Positions 27,423 through 36,606 of a stretch of DNA of 64,000 bases are shown one piece after another. Each line of letters begins with the position of its first letter. The first letter of the stretch is position 1. The notes under the pieces are model-generated. The model was not told where the DNA came from and searched no databases. It was given only the letters and a program-made list of their open reading frames with translations. Both the position numbers and the translations under genes were made by a program. The DNA comes from a virus. The DNA lies in IMG/VR virus record IMGVR_UViG_3300025941_000016, positions 1 through 64,000 of that record; one strand, 5' to 3'.

Positions 27423-27811
27423 TGGCCGACACGGACTGGGTTCAGGTAGGCGCGACTGTCGCCGAGTACGACCACCGCTACCGCATGAACCCTCGGGTGG
27501 CCTTTGTGACCGTGGAACGAATCACCCCGGCGCAGATCGTCTGCGTGAACGGGAATCGGTACCGACGAGACAACGGCACGCGCGTCGGCGAACGCGGCGT
27601 CGAGATCCGCCCGGTCGACGACCGGGAGGTTCGCGGTGTTGTGGCGAAGCGGACGGCGGAACGCCTGTGCTTCGACGTCGACCGGATGCGGCTGGCCATG
27701 GGGCGCGGCGAGACTGACGCGCTCGCCCTTCTGGATCAGGTTGAGGCGGCTGTTGCCGCCGCCCGCGCAATGATCGACGACCCGGTTGGTTCCGGGTGGA
27801 CTTCCTACTGA
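27422..27811 (+). CDS. Hypothetical protein (SH3/beta-barrel-like N-terminus)
   Basis: VGATV...VTVERITPAQIV...RYR; TGATG coupling. Confidence 0.65.
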   Translation: MADTDWVQVGATVAEYDHRYRMNPRVAFVTVERITPAQIVCVNGNRYRRDNGTRVGERGVEIRPVDDREVRGVVAKRTAERLCFDVDRMRLAMGRGETDALALLDQVEAAVAAARAMIDDPVGSGWTSY

Positions 27812-27826
27812 GTGAGGGGAGGTCTG

Positions 27827-28108
27827 ATGCAGCGCGGCGGCCGTATCGCAGATGTGTCGGACTGGTCTGCCGGCCGGATACGAGGACGGTCGGCCAGCCG
27901 TGCCGCACAGAAACGGCAGGCGGTCGACAACCAGATTGGAGAGGGCATGTTCTTCGCCGGGGACGAGTACGCGGGCGACGAGGTCACCTCGGGGCCGTAC
28001 AGCGGTCTGGATGACCCGGACGCCGGCGACTACGAGTGCGACGACCTGGCCGACGTGGCTGACGGCTGGGACTACGACCGGAGCTATGACGACGAAGGGG
28101 AGGGCTGA
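27827..28108 (+). CDS. Protein with an acidic C-terminus
   Basis: GGAGGT RBS; Asp-rich tail. Confidence 0.55.
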   Translation: MQRGGRIADVSDWSAGRIRGRSASRAAQKRQAVDNQIGEGMFFAGDEYAGDEVTSGPYSGLDDPDAGDYECDDLADVADGWDYDRSYDDEGEG

Positions 28109-28320
28109 TGGTCGACGACCCGTTCTACGACGTCGAGTTCACCTCCGGTCCGGGAATCGACGAGCCACCGGTTGGCACACCCGGATGGGATGAGGGCTGC
28201 GGGATCTCCTACGACCACACCCTTCGCCTTATCGGCGAGAAGGATGGCATCCAGACCTTCGAGTGCGAGGAATGTGGCGCCGAGGTTGTCGAGGACCCGA
28301 ACGCCGAGGCCCCGTTCTGA
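28108..28320 (+). CDS. Small zinc-ribbon protein
   Basis: C..SYDH...FECEECGAE. Confidence 0.6.
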   Translation: MVDDPFYDVEFTSGPGIDEPPVGTPGWDEGCGISYDHTLRLIGEKDGIQTFECEECGAEVVEDPNAEAPF

Positions 28321-28667
28321 TGGCCGACCTCGCTGCCGGCCTTGGCTTCGACCCGTTCACGCCGGGCGATGTGGCCACCTGGCGGAAGGTGCTCCGCGAG
28401 AACGCCATCGAGCCCGAGCCGGACTGTGAGGGCTGCGACGGTGTCGGGGTCGTTCTCAACGACAGCCCGTTCTCGCTGAGCATCTGGGACTTCTGCGAAT
28501 GCGTCGTCGATGCGGTTGACGACCTGTCGCGCTGCCCGAACGACCCGGACGACTGCGCCGAACCCGGCTGCACCTGCGGCTACGAGGCGGGTGAGATCCC
28601 GGGTGGCGGCTACCTAGCCATCCCGGGCGTGAACTACCCGGGGATCGACTTCCCGGCTGGCAGGTAG
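28320..28667 (+). CDS. Cys-rich hypothetical protein
   Basis: CEGCDG, CEC and CTC motifs; TGATG coupling. Confidence 0.6.
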   Translation: MADLAAGLGFDPFTPGDVATWRKVLRENAIEPEPDCEGCDGVGVVLNDSPFSLSIWDFCECVVDAVDDLSRCPNDPDDCAEPGCTCGYEAGEIPGGGYLAIPGVNYPGIDFPAGR

Positions 28668-28847
28668 CACCGTCCAGTCTCTGCCGCGTCGAGTGGAGGC
28701 GCCGCCGGGTGGACCCGGGGCAGAGGCACGTAGACAACAGACACGATCGAAGGGGGACCGGTGAAGATCCGAGACATCGACTGGCGGAAGGGTCGTTGGG
28801 CCGCGGCCGAAGGCTTCATCGGCGACATCAAGTTCTTGGGCTGACCG

Positions 28848-29222
28848 GTGGCCGATTCGATGCTCGACATCCTGACCGGCGCCCGGGCCGGTGTCGGCGA
28901 CCCGGACATGGTCGGCGACGAACTAGCAAAGGCCCGTGCCGAACTGCGTGTCCTGTACGCCACTTGGGCTGAGGCGGCGAAGGACGGCCCGATCGTCCCG
29001 CCTTCAGGACCGGAGTTCGACTGGCTGGCGCTGCGTTCCGCTGCGACCATGCCCGCGCTGCTCGACACGATCACCTTCCTGCGGCATGCGCTCGCCCGGA
29101 TTGCCCGTGGCGAGCAGGCGATGCCCGCCGAGTTGGAGTCGTCTCCGTGGGATGACACGAGCGAGTTCGGCCAGGCGGCGGCGATCGCGTCGATGGCCCG
29201 ACGACTCACCGGAGGGGAGTGA
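28848..29222 (+). CDS. Hypothetical protein
   Basis: Operon context. Confidence 0.6.
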   Translation: MADSMLDILTGARAGVGDPDMVGDELAKARAELRVLYATWAEAAKDGPIVPPSGPEFDWLALRSAATMPALLDTITFLRHALARIARGEQAMPAELESSPWDDTSEFGQAAAIASMARRLTGGE

Positions 29223-29225
29223 CCG

Positions 29226-29459
29226 ATGGCAGGCAGCTTCCACGCGCCGTCGATCGAGGCTCTGACCGCAGCCCCGTCTCGTGACGCCGCCGCCGACATG
29301 CTGTCCGGTCTGACCGTCGCCCAGCTCCGCGACGTTGCCGCCTCCTGCCGGGTTACGTTGCTGAGCCGGGACGTCAAGGCCGAGATCGTCCGCCGGATCG
29401 TCGACGGCACTGTTGGCGTTCGGCTCACCGCCGAGGCGTTCAGAGGGGCACTGCGGTGA
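29226..29459 (+). CDS. Small SAP/Rho-N-like helical protein
   Basis: LSGLTVAQLRDVA...KAEIVRRI. Confidence 0.6.
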   Translation: MAGSFHAPSIEALTAAPSRDAAADMLSGLTVAQLRDVAASCRVTLLSRDVKAEIVRRIVDGTVGVRLTAEAFRGALR

Positions 29460-29908
29460 AAGCCTCACAGGTCCGCCCCGGCTGGCTGCTCCGCGTCGAC
29501 GGCGTCTGGCGGTTGGTCACATGCAAGACCACCGCCCGTACCCGCCCACCGCGTGTCCTGTTCGACCTCGCCGAAACGCCTCCCGGGATCATCGGCCGGC
29601 CAACTGTCGCGGGTCTGGACACCCGTGCCGAAGTGGAGGCAACCCATCTGACCGGACCACAGGTCGAGGCGGTCCGCGTCGTTGCCGCGGGCGGCGTGTT
29701 CCGGTCCTGCGACTCGGAGGGGCAGAACCACTGCTGGGGTCACGACGATGGTGTGTCGCGCCGCTGGGAGCCGTTCGACCGCGCCTGGGAGGTCGATCTG
29801 ATCCGGCCCGTCGACATCAACCGGCTGTGGCGTGTGGGGTTCGAGCCGACCGACCTTGGGCTTGGCGTTCTCGCCATGCACGGAACGGCGGTGTCCCGTG
29901 CGCGCTGA
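29456..29908 (+). CDS. Hypothetical protein (paralog of 29898-30365)
   Basis: ASQVRPGWLLRVDG.W; LTGPQVEAVRVVAAG. Confidence 0.65.
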   Translation: MKASQVRPGWLLRVDGVWRLVTCKTTARTRPPRVLFDLAETPPGIIGRPTVAGLDTRAEVEATHLTGPQVEAVRVVAAGGVFRSCDSEGQNHCWGHDDGVSRRWEPFDRAWEVDLIRPVDINRLWRVGFEPTDLGLGVLAMHGTAVSRAR

Positions 29909-30365
29909 CCGAGTGAGGCCTGGAGTGCTGGTTCGCGTGGGTGACGGCTGGTATCCGGTCCTTGAGACCACTCCGGTCGTGGGTGTAGCAGACATGGTCC
30001 GCATCCGCCTCGCCGCCACTTCACCCGTTATGTCAGTCAACCGCACCCACAGTGAGGACGTCGAGACTGTCCGGCTGACCACTCTCCAGGTTGAGGCGCT
30101 GCGGATCGTCTCGGCGGGCAACCTGCGTCGGATCACGGCCTATCCCCATCCAGACCTCGCGCGCCCTGGCGCGACGGAACGGAAGTCGTGGGATCGGTCA
30201 GGCATGCCGACCGGTGGGGCAAAGCAGTTCGAGCGTGTCGCCGAACTCGGCTTGATCGCGATCGCGGAGACGAAGCCGATGGGCAGGGTTCGGTACGACT
30301 ACTTCGCCGTCACTCCGTCTGGCCGTGCCCTTCTCGACCTGCTCGACAAGGAGAAGACACCATGA
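29898..30365 (+). CDS. Hypothetical protein, winged-helix-like C-terminus
   Basis: ADRVRPGVLVRVGDGW; LTTLQVEALRIVSAG; LGLI...VTPSGRALL. Confidence 0.65.
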   Translation: MRADRVRPGVLVRVGDGWYPVLETTPVVGVADMVRIRLAATSPVMSVNRTHSEDVETVRLTTLQVEALRIVSAGNLRRITAYPHPDLARPGATERKSWDRSGMPTGGAKQFERVAELGLIAIAETKPMGRVRYDYFAVTPSGRALLDLLDKEKTP

Positions 30366-30481
30366 CCATCCGACGCATCCTGTCTGCCACCACCTACCAC
30401 GCGATCGCCGTTGCGCTTGCTACCCTGGCGCTCGCCGCAATCGCGTCCGAGGCCGAACGTGCGATCGGAAACCGAGCCTGA
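30362..30481 (+). CDS. Small membrane peptide
   Basis: AAGGAG RBS; ATGA coupling; hydrophobic. Confidence 0.45.
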   Translation: MTIRRILSATTYHAIAVALATLALAAIASEAERAIGNRA

Positions 30482-30491
30482 TGGCCCACCA

Positions 30492-30734
30492 CTACTTCGT
30501 CGCCTTCCAGGCAGCCCCGAGACCGGGCGTCTTCATGTTCGGTAACTGCGAGGTCGTGATGCGACTGCCGCCGAACAGCGGTTCTACATCGACGAAGACG
30601 TCAACCGGCACATCAGGCGGGGAGGCTCCCGGCCCGCGGTTCGGGTCGGCTGCCATCTCGACGAGGGTACGGCGAACATCGGCTTCGATCTGGGCGCGAA
30701 CCTCGGGCGGTACGTCAGCAGTGTTGTCAGACAT
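30492..30734 (-). CDS. Hypothetical protein
   Basis: MSDNTADVPPEVRAQIEADVRRTL...; overlaps a plus-strand ORF remnant. Confidence 0.4.
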   Translation of the reverse strand: MSDNTADVPPEVRAQIEADVRRTLVEMAADPNRGPGASPPDVPVDVFVDVEPLFGGSRITTSQLPNMKTPGLGAAWKATK

Positions 30735-30790
30735 GGTCCGGCAGTCTGGACCAAGATTGCTGCCCAGACCAGCAGGGTAGATCACCCAGC

Positions 30791-30934
30791 ATGTTCGCTG
30801 TTTTCGCTGCTGTCTGCTTCCTACTCGCCGCCCTCAACGTCCACGCCGGGGATGTGAACCTGGTCTGGCTGGGTCTGGCCTTCTGGGCCGCCGACTTCGC
30901 CTTCCCATACCGGCCCGGCATGCTGAACCGTTGA
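30791..30934 (+). CDS. Small two-TM membrane protein (47 aa, not in the ORF track)
   Basis: MFAVFAAVCFLLAALNVHAGDVNLVWLGLAFWAADFAF. Confidence 0.6.
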   Translation: MFAVFAAVCFLLAALNVHAGDVNLVWLGLAFWAADFAFPYRPGMLNR

Positions 30935-30958
30935 CACCTGTTTCCAGGCATGCCGAAG

Positions 30959-30997
30959 ACGGCCCGGCTGCCTCCACCAGGGAGACAGCCGGGCCGT
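30959..30997. terminator. Bidirectional terminator between the convergent arms
   Basis: ACGGCCCGGCTG / CAGCCGGGCCGT stem. Confidence 0.65.
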
Positions 30998-31024
30998 TGT
31001 GTGAGTTGATCCGCGAGGCGGAGC

Positions 31025-31378
31025 TTACGGGATCGACGCCGTGTTCGGGTTGCCGACCTTCTTCGCCACAGCACCCTTCGCCAACGCCAGAACGGCGGCG
31101 ATCAGGGGTACGTAGGCGTCGGGCACGCCCCACAGGGTGACAGGCAGAGCAGCCAGTGCGACCTGCAACGCCGTCCACCCAGCTTTCTCGACTGCGGCGG
31201 CGAGCGAACCGAACCCGGTGACGCTCGTCAGTAGCCCGCCGAGCAGCGACAGGACGGCGGCGATCGGCAAAGCCCACCACACATGTGAGCCGTTGAATGC
31301 GGTGACGGCCACGCCGATCGCGGAGAACAGGGCGGTTGCGAACACCCGCCAGGACAGATCCTTGCCGAACGCGGACAT
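31025..31378 (-). CDS. Holin (r1t-like, four TM segments)
   Basis: Hydrophobic; KDLSWRVFAT / EKAGWTALQ internal repeat; ends KGAVAKKVGNPNTAS. Confidence 0.75.
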   Translation of the reverse strand: MSAFGKDLSWRVFATALFSAIGVAVTAFNGSHVWWALPIAAVLSLLGGLLTSVTGFGSLAAAVEKAGWTALQVALAALPVTLWGVPDAYVPLIAAVLALAKGAVAKKVGNPNTASIP

Positions 31379-31408
31379 GCGCGGTCTTCTTTCCGGGGTG
31401 GGGTCGGG

Positions 31409-31687
31409 TCAGCCGGCGGGCGGCGGGTTGACTGCCCCGTCGGCTTCGGTGGTGAGGTCTTCGAGCGCCGACGTGTCAACACCGACCGCGGTGTGGACGT
31501 CGGCGAGGCCGGAGACGGCGGCGTCGATCGCAGCCTGCGCGGCGGGCGGGATCGACTGGCCGGCGGCCTGGAGGGCTGCGACGAGGGCTTGGACGGCGGC
31601 GGTGAGCTGGCCGATGACCGCGGCTTCGGCGGATTCGTCGGCGGCGGCTTGGGTCACGGCGGCGGTCAGGTCGTCGATGGTGGCCAT
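31409..31687 (-). CDS. Ala-rich coiled-coil protein in the lysis region
   Basis: MATIDDLTAAV...; GAAAGGA RBS. Confidence 0.65.
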   Translation of the reverse strand: MATIDDLTAAVTQAAADESAEAAVIGQLTAAVQALVAALQAAGQSIPPAAQAAIDAAVSGLADVHTAVGVDTSALEDLTTEADGAVNPPPAG

Positions 31688-31798
31688 GAGCGGACCGATC
31701 CTTTCGGAGAGGGTGTGAACCGCCTCGGCGAGGACGGCGACTGGAGATCGGCGGCGGCAGAGGCGCATCCGCACCTCCCGGATTGAGGGCGAGACGGG

Positions 31799-33046
31799 CT
31801 AGGAGGCGGCGCGGAACGTCCACACCGCCGGGTTGCTGGACGTGCCGACCTGCGGCAGGTTGGCGCCGCCAATCGAGATCCCCTTGGCGCCCATCCATGT
31901 GGCGAACGCCCCCTGGTAGACGGCGAACGCCTTCGCCAACTCCACGTCGGCCGGGTCGGGCTGCGCCGGCGGCACAGGAGTCGGCGGCGGGGTCGGAGTC
32001 GGCGCGCCGAGAAGGCCGGCGAGGACGGTTCCGACGGGCACGCCAAGCCCCGAGTCGGCATCCCAGCCGACAGACGGCGGGTAGACGTCCCTGCCCCCAC
32101 CGGAGACGATGTCGACGAACGCCTTCGGGTTGGCGTACAGCAACTCGGCCGCGTTCCGAATCGGCCCGCCGTTGAGCTGGCACAGCCGGGCCCAAAGCCC
32201 GGCCATCAGCGGTGCGACCGCGGAAGTTCCGCCGACCGTGGCCCACTGGCCGCCGGTCACCATCTGATAGCCCGAGTTCGGATCGGCGTTCCCTGCCAGG
32301 TCGGGCAGGCCGCGGTGTGAGCCGACGGTGGACGGCTGCCAGGTGGGCCGGGCGAACAAGCTGGAATAGCCGCCGCCCGTCGCCGAGCTCGCCGAGTCAT
32401 CCCACGGCGTCTCCGACAGTCGCGCCCCCGACGAGTCGAGGACAAGCCGGGTACCGCCGCAGGCAAACACGTTCGGCGACGAGGCTGGGAAGTCTGCGAC
32501 CTTCCGGCCCGTGCCGTCCAGGTCGCCGCTGTCCCCGGCCGCGCAGAACACGGCCACCCCCGCGGCGGCGGCCTTCGCGAACACCGCGTCGTAGGCGCGC
32601 ATTGTCGACGCCGACCATGACGACTCCGGGCCGCCCCACGAGCAGGACACCGCACAGGGACCCGACGCGATCGCAGCCTCGAACGCGTCCAGGAAGCCGG
32701 CGTCGCTGTTCTCGCCGAAGAAGACGAGCTGCTTGGCGCCCGGCGCTGCGGCGGCAACGATCTCGATGTCGAGCATCACTTCGACGTCCGCCCCGCCCGG
32801 GTCCGGGGTGATCGAAGCCCCGCCAACCGCCGTGCCCGACACGAACGGTGTCGGGATGCCGGAGCCGTCGCAGAAGGTGTGCAGGTCTACCGGGTCGAAA
32901 GCGCCGCCGAGTTCGACGATCGCGACCGTCTGGCCGGTGCCATCGACACCGGACGGAAACTGGTAGGCGTTGACGATCTGGGCGACGGTGAGGGCCTTCG
33001 GGGCGCTGCCGACGCGGGGACGGCGAAGGTACGGGGACGCGGTCAC
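31799..33046 (-). CDS. S53 family peptidase (sedolisin/kumamolisin-like), catalytic domain only
   Basis: GTGQTVAIVELGG, EVMLD (Glu-Asp), SCSWGGPE, AAGDSG, FPASSP, GGTSAVAP (Ser); GAAAGGG RBS before GTG 33046 (alternative start 33061). Confidence 0.92.
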   Translation of the reverse strand: MTASPYLRRPRVGSAPKALTVAQIVNAYQFPSGVDGTGQTVAIVELGGAFDPVDLHTFCDGSGIPTPFVSGTAVGGASITPDPGGADVEVMLDIEIVAAAAPGAKQLVFFGENSDAGFLDAFEAAIASGPCAVSCSWGGPESSWSASTMRAYDAVFAKAAAAGVAVFCAAGDSGDLDGTGRKVADFPASSPNVFACGGTRLVLDSSGARLSETPWDDSASSATGGGYSSLFARPTWQPSTVGSHRGLPDLAGNADPNSGYQMVTGGQWATVGGTSAVAPLMAGLWARLCQLNGGPIRNAAELLYANPKAFVDIVSGGGRDVYPPSVGWDADSGLGVPVGTVLAGLLGAPTPTPPPTPVPPAQPDPADVELAKAFAVYQGAFATWMGAKGISIGGANLPQVGTSSNPAVWTFRAAS

Positions 33047-33105
33047 GAGGTGCCCTTTCATCGCGACGAAAGGCCCCCGAGCGGATAGCAGGGGGCGAGG
33101 GGGAC

Positions 33106-33134
33106 TAGCGATACATACCAGTGGTGTGTATAGT
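33106..33134 (+). promoter_or_regulatory. Moron promoter with a palindromic operator
   Basis: ATACATACCA-G-TGGTGTGTAT palindrome overlapping -10 TATAGT. Confidence 0.5.
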
Positions 33135-33172
33135 GGTGGTGTACGCAAGTGCGAAGCCCGAGAGGACACCTC

Positions 33173-33484
33173 ATGGACATGCTCTGGAGCGAGATCGACG
33201 GCCCGGCTTCGGGCTTCGTAGCAGGCCCCACGCTGGTTCACATCGAGGTCGCAGCCCCAGAGACGGACATCTGGCACGCGGTTAGCGACATCGACGACAA
33301 CGTCATCGACACCGGCTACACCGGCACCTGGGACGAGATCGCCGAAGCGGCAGCCGCCGACTACGCCGACAGTCAGGCGCACGACGGCGCCCAGGTCGGA
33401 ATGCAGGTCCGCGCGACCGTGTACTCGGACTACGTGAGCGCAGGGCAGGTCTCGCAGGTCCACACCGTGAAGGCCATCGCCTAA
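33173..33484 (+). CDS. Acidic hypothetical protein (moron)
   Basis: GAGGA RBS; TAATG coupling. Confidence 0.65.
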   Translation: MDMLWSEIDGPASGFVAGPTLVHIEVAAPETDIWHAVSDIDDNVIDTGYTGTWDEIAEAAAADYADSQAHDGAQVGMQVRATVYSDYVSAGQVSQVHTVKAIA

Positions 33485-34107
33485 TGGCCGACACCAACTC
33501 CGCCGAGCTGGCCGCCCTCATCGCCGGTCAGCTCAGCGGCATGCCCGACGACCCGATCGACCAGATCCGCTACCTTCGCGCCAGATCCGTCCTTCTCGAC
33601 GAGGTCAAGGCAGCATTGGCGGTCCAGCGGGACGCCATCACCGCTGGACTCAACGAACACGACCACCTGTCCTACGCGAAGATCGCCGCAAAGGTCGGCG
33701 ACCTCACCCCGTCCGGCGTCCAGAAGTTCGTCGACGCCCACAAGGCCCGCACCACTGTCACTGTGGACGTCGAGATGGAGACCGAAAATGGAGGCGAATG
33801 GGAGCTGGTCGCGGGCCATGTGTTCCCGCTGACCAGCAACGCACGGGAGGTGGCAGAGTTCGCGATCCGGGTAACGCTCGGACTGCTGCCCGAGACCCGC
33901 GACGCCTCAAATGCACCCAGCCGTGCCATACGGGCAACTGTGTGTCAGGACGGCGAGGTACTGGATGAGATCGAAGTGGGCGACTTCGTGTGCGACGCGG
34001 ACAGCGACAAGTCAATCCGCCGTGCCACTTGGTGGGAACAGGCGGTCTCTCTCGAAGCACCCGATGGTGTGTTCGAGGTCGATGGGCGGAGGGTCTACGT
34101 CGGCTGA
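33484..34107 (+). CDS. HTH-containing protein (moron regulator)
   Basis: LSYAKIAAKVGDLTPSGVQKF. Confidence 0.7.
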   Translation: MADTNSAELAALIAGQLSGMPDDPIDQIRYLRARSVLLDEVKAALAVQRDAITAGLNEHDHLSYAKIAAKVGDLTPSGVQKFVDAHKARTTVTVDVEMETENGGEWELVAGHVFPLTSNAREVAEFAIRVTLGLLPETRDASNAPSRAIRATVCQDGEVLDEIEVGDFVCDADSDKSIRRATWWEQAVSLEAPDGVFEVDGRRVYVG

Positions 34108-35195
34108 CGCACCAGAACATTCGCCGTCGACGCCGGCAGCACCGCCCGCAACGTCAGCCCGGTCAGAGCGGCCGTCAGCGCATCCAGACGTGACAGCACC
34201 GGTGTCAGATCAGCCCCACCGGCGGTCGACACGGGCAACGCTTTGATGGCGGTGAGAACGGCGACAAGCTGCTGGGAGAGCGCGTTCAGCGCGGCTACGA
34301 CTTCGCCAGTCGGCCCGAGGTAGTTGACGATCTGCCCGACCTCGGACGAAATCGCATCTGAACGGGCGGCGAGAGACAGGTCGCCCTTGTTCCAGCCGAG
34401 CGCGGCAATGATCGCGTTGACACCGTTGTAGACGGTCTGCTCCAGCGACAGGATCGCCTTCTCGGTGGCCGCCCATGCGGGCTGGCCTGCGCCTGTGCCC
34501 TCGTTGAGGACGGCGCGGACGATGCCTGCCATCTGCTGGGCCGTGGGGTCGTCGAGCACGAGACCTCCAAGAGTGGGGAGCCATTCGCGCAGGACGCGGG
34601 AACTGTCCGACTTGCCGGGGATACCGGGCTGGACGGCCTGGTTGGTGTACTGGCGGGCGACGACCTGTGTCCGGTCCCAGCCGGCGGGCAGGGGCATCGC
34701 CGAGTCGGCGACGGCCGTGTTGTAGGTCGCGAGGTGCAGACGGCGCCAGCCCGGCGGCAGGATGCCCGCGGTCAGGCCGACTGGTGTGGCGTACCAGGTG
34801 CCGCTGTAGATCACGCCGGTTGGGTAGCCGTGCTGGACGAGCCGGTTGGCGAAGTCGGCGGCATGCCGGCCGCCAAGGTTGGCATGGTCGTTGGGGTCTT
34901 CCGCGTCGAGGCACACCCAGTCGCGGGGACCTGCACCGCCGGCCCCTTCGACGGCGGCAACGAAGTGATCCGCTTCTGCGGTGCCGCTCGACTGACTGGG
35001 CCTCGCAAAGTGGTAGGCGCCGCGGGCCAGACCCAGCGTCTTGGCGCGCTGCCACCAGATCGCGAACAGGGGGTTCGTGTAGCCGGTGCCCTCGCTGGCC
35101 TTGACCAGCAGCCGGTCGCGGCCCGAGCGGGTATAGGTGTCCAGGTCGAGGCCGGCTTGGTAGGGGTAGGACACGTCACTGAACTCGGGAGACAT
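34095..35195 (-). CDS. Endolysin, GH25 muramidase
   Basis: DVS.Y.Q, VKASEGTGYTNP, GAYHFA, LDAE, IYSG, QYT, D motifs. Confidence 0.92.
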   Translation of the reverse strand: MSPEFSDVSYPYQAGLDLDTYTRSGRDRLLVKASEGTGYTNPLFAIWWQRAKTLGLARGAYHFARPSQSSGTAEADHFVAAVEGAGGAGPRDWVCLDAEDPNDHANLGGRHAADFANRLVQHGYPTGVIYSGTWYATPVGLTAGILPPGWRRLHLATYNTAVADSAMPLPAGWDRTQVVARQYTNQAVQPGIPGKSDSSRVLREWLPTLGGLVLDDPTAQQMAGIVRAVLNEGTGAGQPAWAATEKAILSLEQTVYNGVNAIIAALGWNKGDLSLAARSDAISSEVGQIVNYLGPTGEVVAALNALSQQLVAVLTAIKALPVSTAGGADLTPVLSRLDALTAALTGLTLRAVLPASTANVLVRQPT

Positions 35196-35210
35196 GGAGC
35201 CTCCCTGGAC

Positions 35211-35239
35211 TTGCCTAGCAATGTAGATGTTGCTATCCT
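35211..35239 (+). promoter_or_regulatory. Sigma70-type promoter with a palindromic operator
   Basis: TTGCCT-17 bp-TATCCT; TAGCAA-N8-TTGCTA spanning the spacer. Confidence 0.6.
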
Positions 35240-35290
35240 GGGTTCACGCCCCGGACGGACAGCCCGGGACCTGCCCCAGGGGGAAATCGA

Positions 35291-35905
35291 ATGGCCGCGA
35301 CTGTCGTCGTTGACGAACTGGAAGACCTCACGATCTCCGGCGCACTCGCCAGCCTCAACCCGGAGGCCGACGACTACAACACCCAGCGGGACGCAATGGT
35401 CTCGACGTGGTACGGCCACCTGCGTGCCGCCGCCAACCTGATCGGCATGGAGCGCGGCATCCGTATCAACCTGGTCGGCCCGACCTCGATCTACGAGGAC
35501 GAGGAAACGGAAAACAGCACCGACGAGGCCCTCTGGCAGGAAATCCAGAACCGGGCCCGCGACCTCCTAGAAGCCGCTACCGTTCCCGGCACAGACGGCG
35601 ACGTGGAGTGGGTTGCCACCGTTGGAGCCGACAACGCCGCGTTCCTCGCCAGCCTCGGAACCGACGTCATGGGCAGCACCGGGCAGATCCGCGACCTCGG
35701 AGACGGCCGGATCGCGCTGTCGCACGCGCAGGTGCTGCACCTCGCTAACGGGAACAGCGAGCACGTCACGGAAGGGGTCGACGGCGTGTTCTTCGCGATC
35801 AACACTGACTCGATCGAGATTTGCCGGGGCGACGCGGAGGACTTCACCCGGTACGTCATGTCGAAGGCCGTGTTCGCAGGCCGTTGGATTCGGCGGCCAG
35901 CGTGA
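35291..35905 (+). CDS. Hypothetical protein (moron)
   Basis: Follows the promoter; strong GC3 codon bias. Confidence 0.7.
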   Translation: MAATVVVDELEDLTISGALASLNPEADDYNTQRDAMVSTWYGHLRAAANLIGMERGIRINLVGPTSIYEDEETENSTDEALWQEIQNRARDLLEAATVPGTDGDVEWVATVGADNAAFLASLGTDVMGSTGQIRDLGDGRIALSHAQVLHLANGNSEHVTEGVDGVFFAINTDSIEICRGDAEDFTRYVMSKAVFAGRWIRRPA

Positions 35906-36600
35906 CGCTCGTCGACGAGTTGGTTGCCGCGTTCGCCGCCGCCTCCGACAAGGCGCTAGCGGACCGGCGGGCACTCATCGCCGCCGAACTCGCCGCCGAA
36001 CTCGACTCCGACGAGAAGGCGGGCGCCGCCCTCGACCCGCCCAAGTTCAGGCAGGCGATCCAGCGCCTACGGGCCACAGCCGCCGAGGTACGCGCCAATC
36101 CTGACCGTCTCGCCGCCGCGCTCGCACTCGGCGGCCCCATCCCCACCGTTAGCGGAAAGGACAGCGACGACATGACCCTCTACGGCGACGATGGCGAGCC
36201 TATGGCTAATCGGCGATGGTCATACGACCACATCGGCCACGGCCTACCAGCCGACCTACCATCGACCATCGACGGCGTGCCCGTCTCGTTCGGCCACAGT
36301 GTCGACGCCTTCACTGCCGACGGCCGTGCCCTGTCGATCGCAGGCCCGGTCGTCGAGCCCGCCTTCGCCCATGGTGAAGGCAGCAACGCGACCCACACCC
36401 GTGTCAGCTACTGGACGATGCCCAACCTGCGGGAGCATGGCTTCGAGGCTGTCTCGGCGGGTCTCCATGAGATCAATGTCTGCACCCCGGAGGGTGTGAC
36501 ACCTTCGGCCGATGTGCTGGCCGCGGTGTGCAGGCTAGCGATGACTCAGCCGGCGGCGGACAGGGAGCGCCGGCAGTCGAAGTACGACGTCCACGCCTGA
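35902..36600 (+). CDS. Hypothetical protein (moron)
   Basis: GTGA coupling. Confidence 0.7.
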   Translation: MTLVDELVAAFAAASDKALADRRALIAAELAAELDSDEKAGAALDPPKFRQAIQRLRATAAEVRANPDRLAAALALGGPIPTVSGKDSDDMTLYGDDGEPMANRRWSYDHIGHGLPADLPSTIDGVPVSFGHSVDAFTADGRALSIAGPVVEPAFAHGEGSNATHTRVSYWTMPNLREHGFEAVSAGLHEINVCTPEGVTPSADVLAAVCRLAMTQPAADRERRQSKYDVHA

Positions 36601-36606
36601 CGTGAC

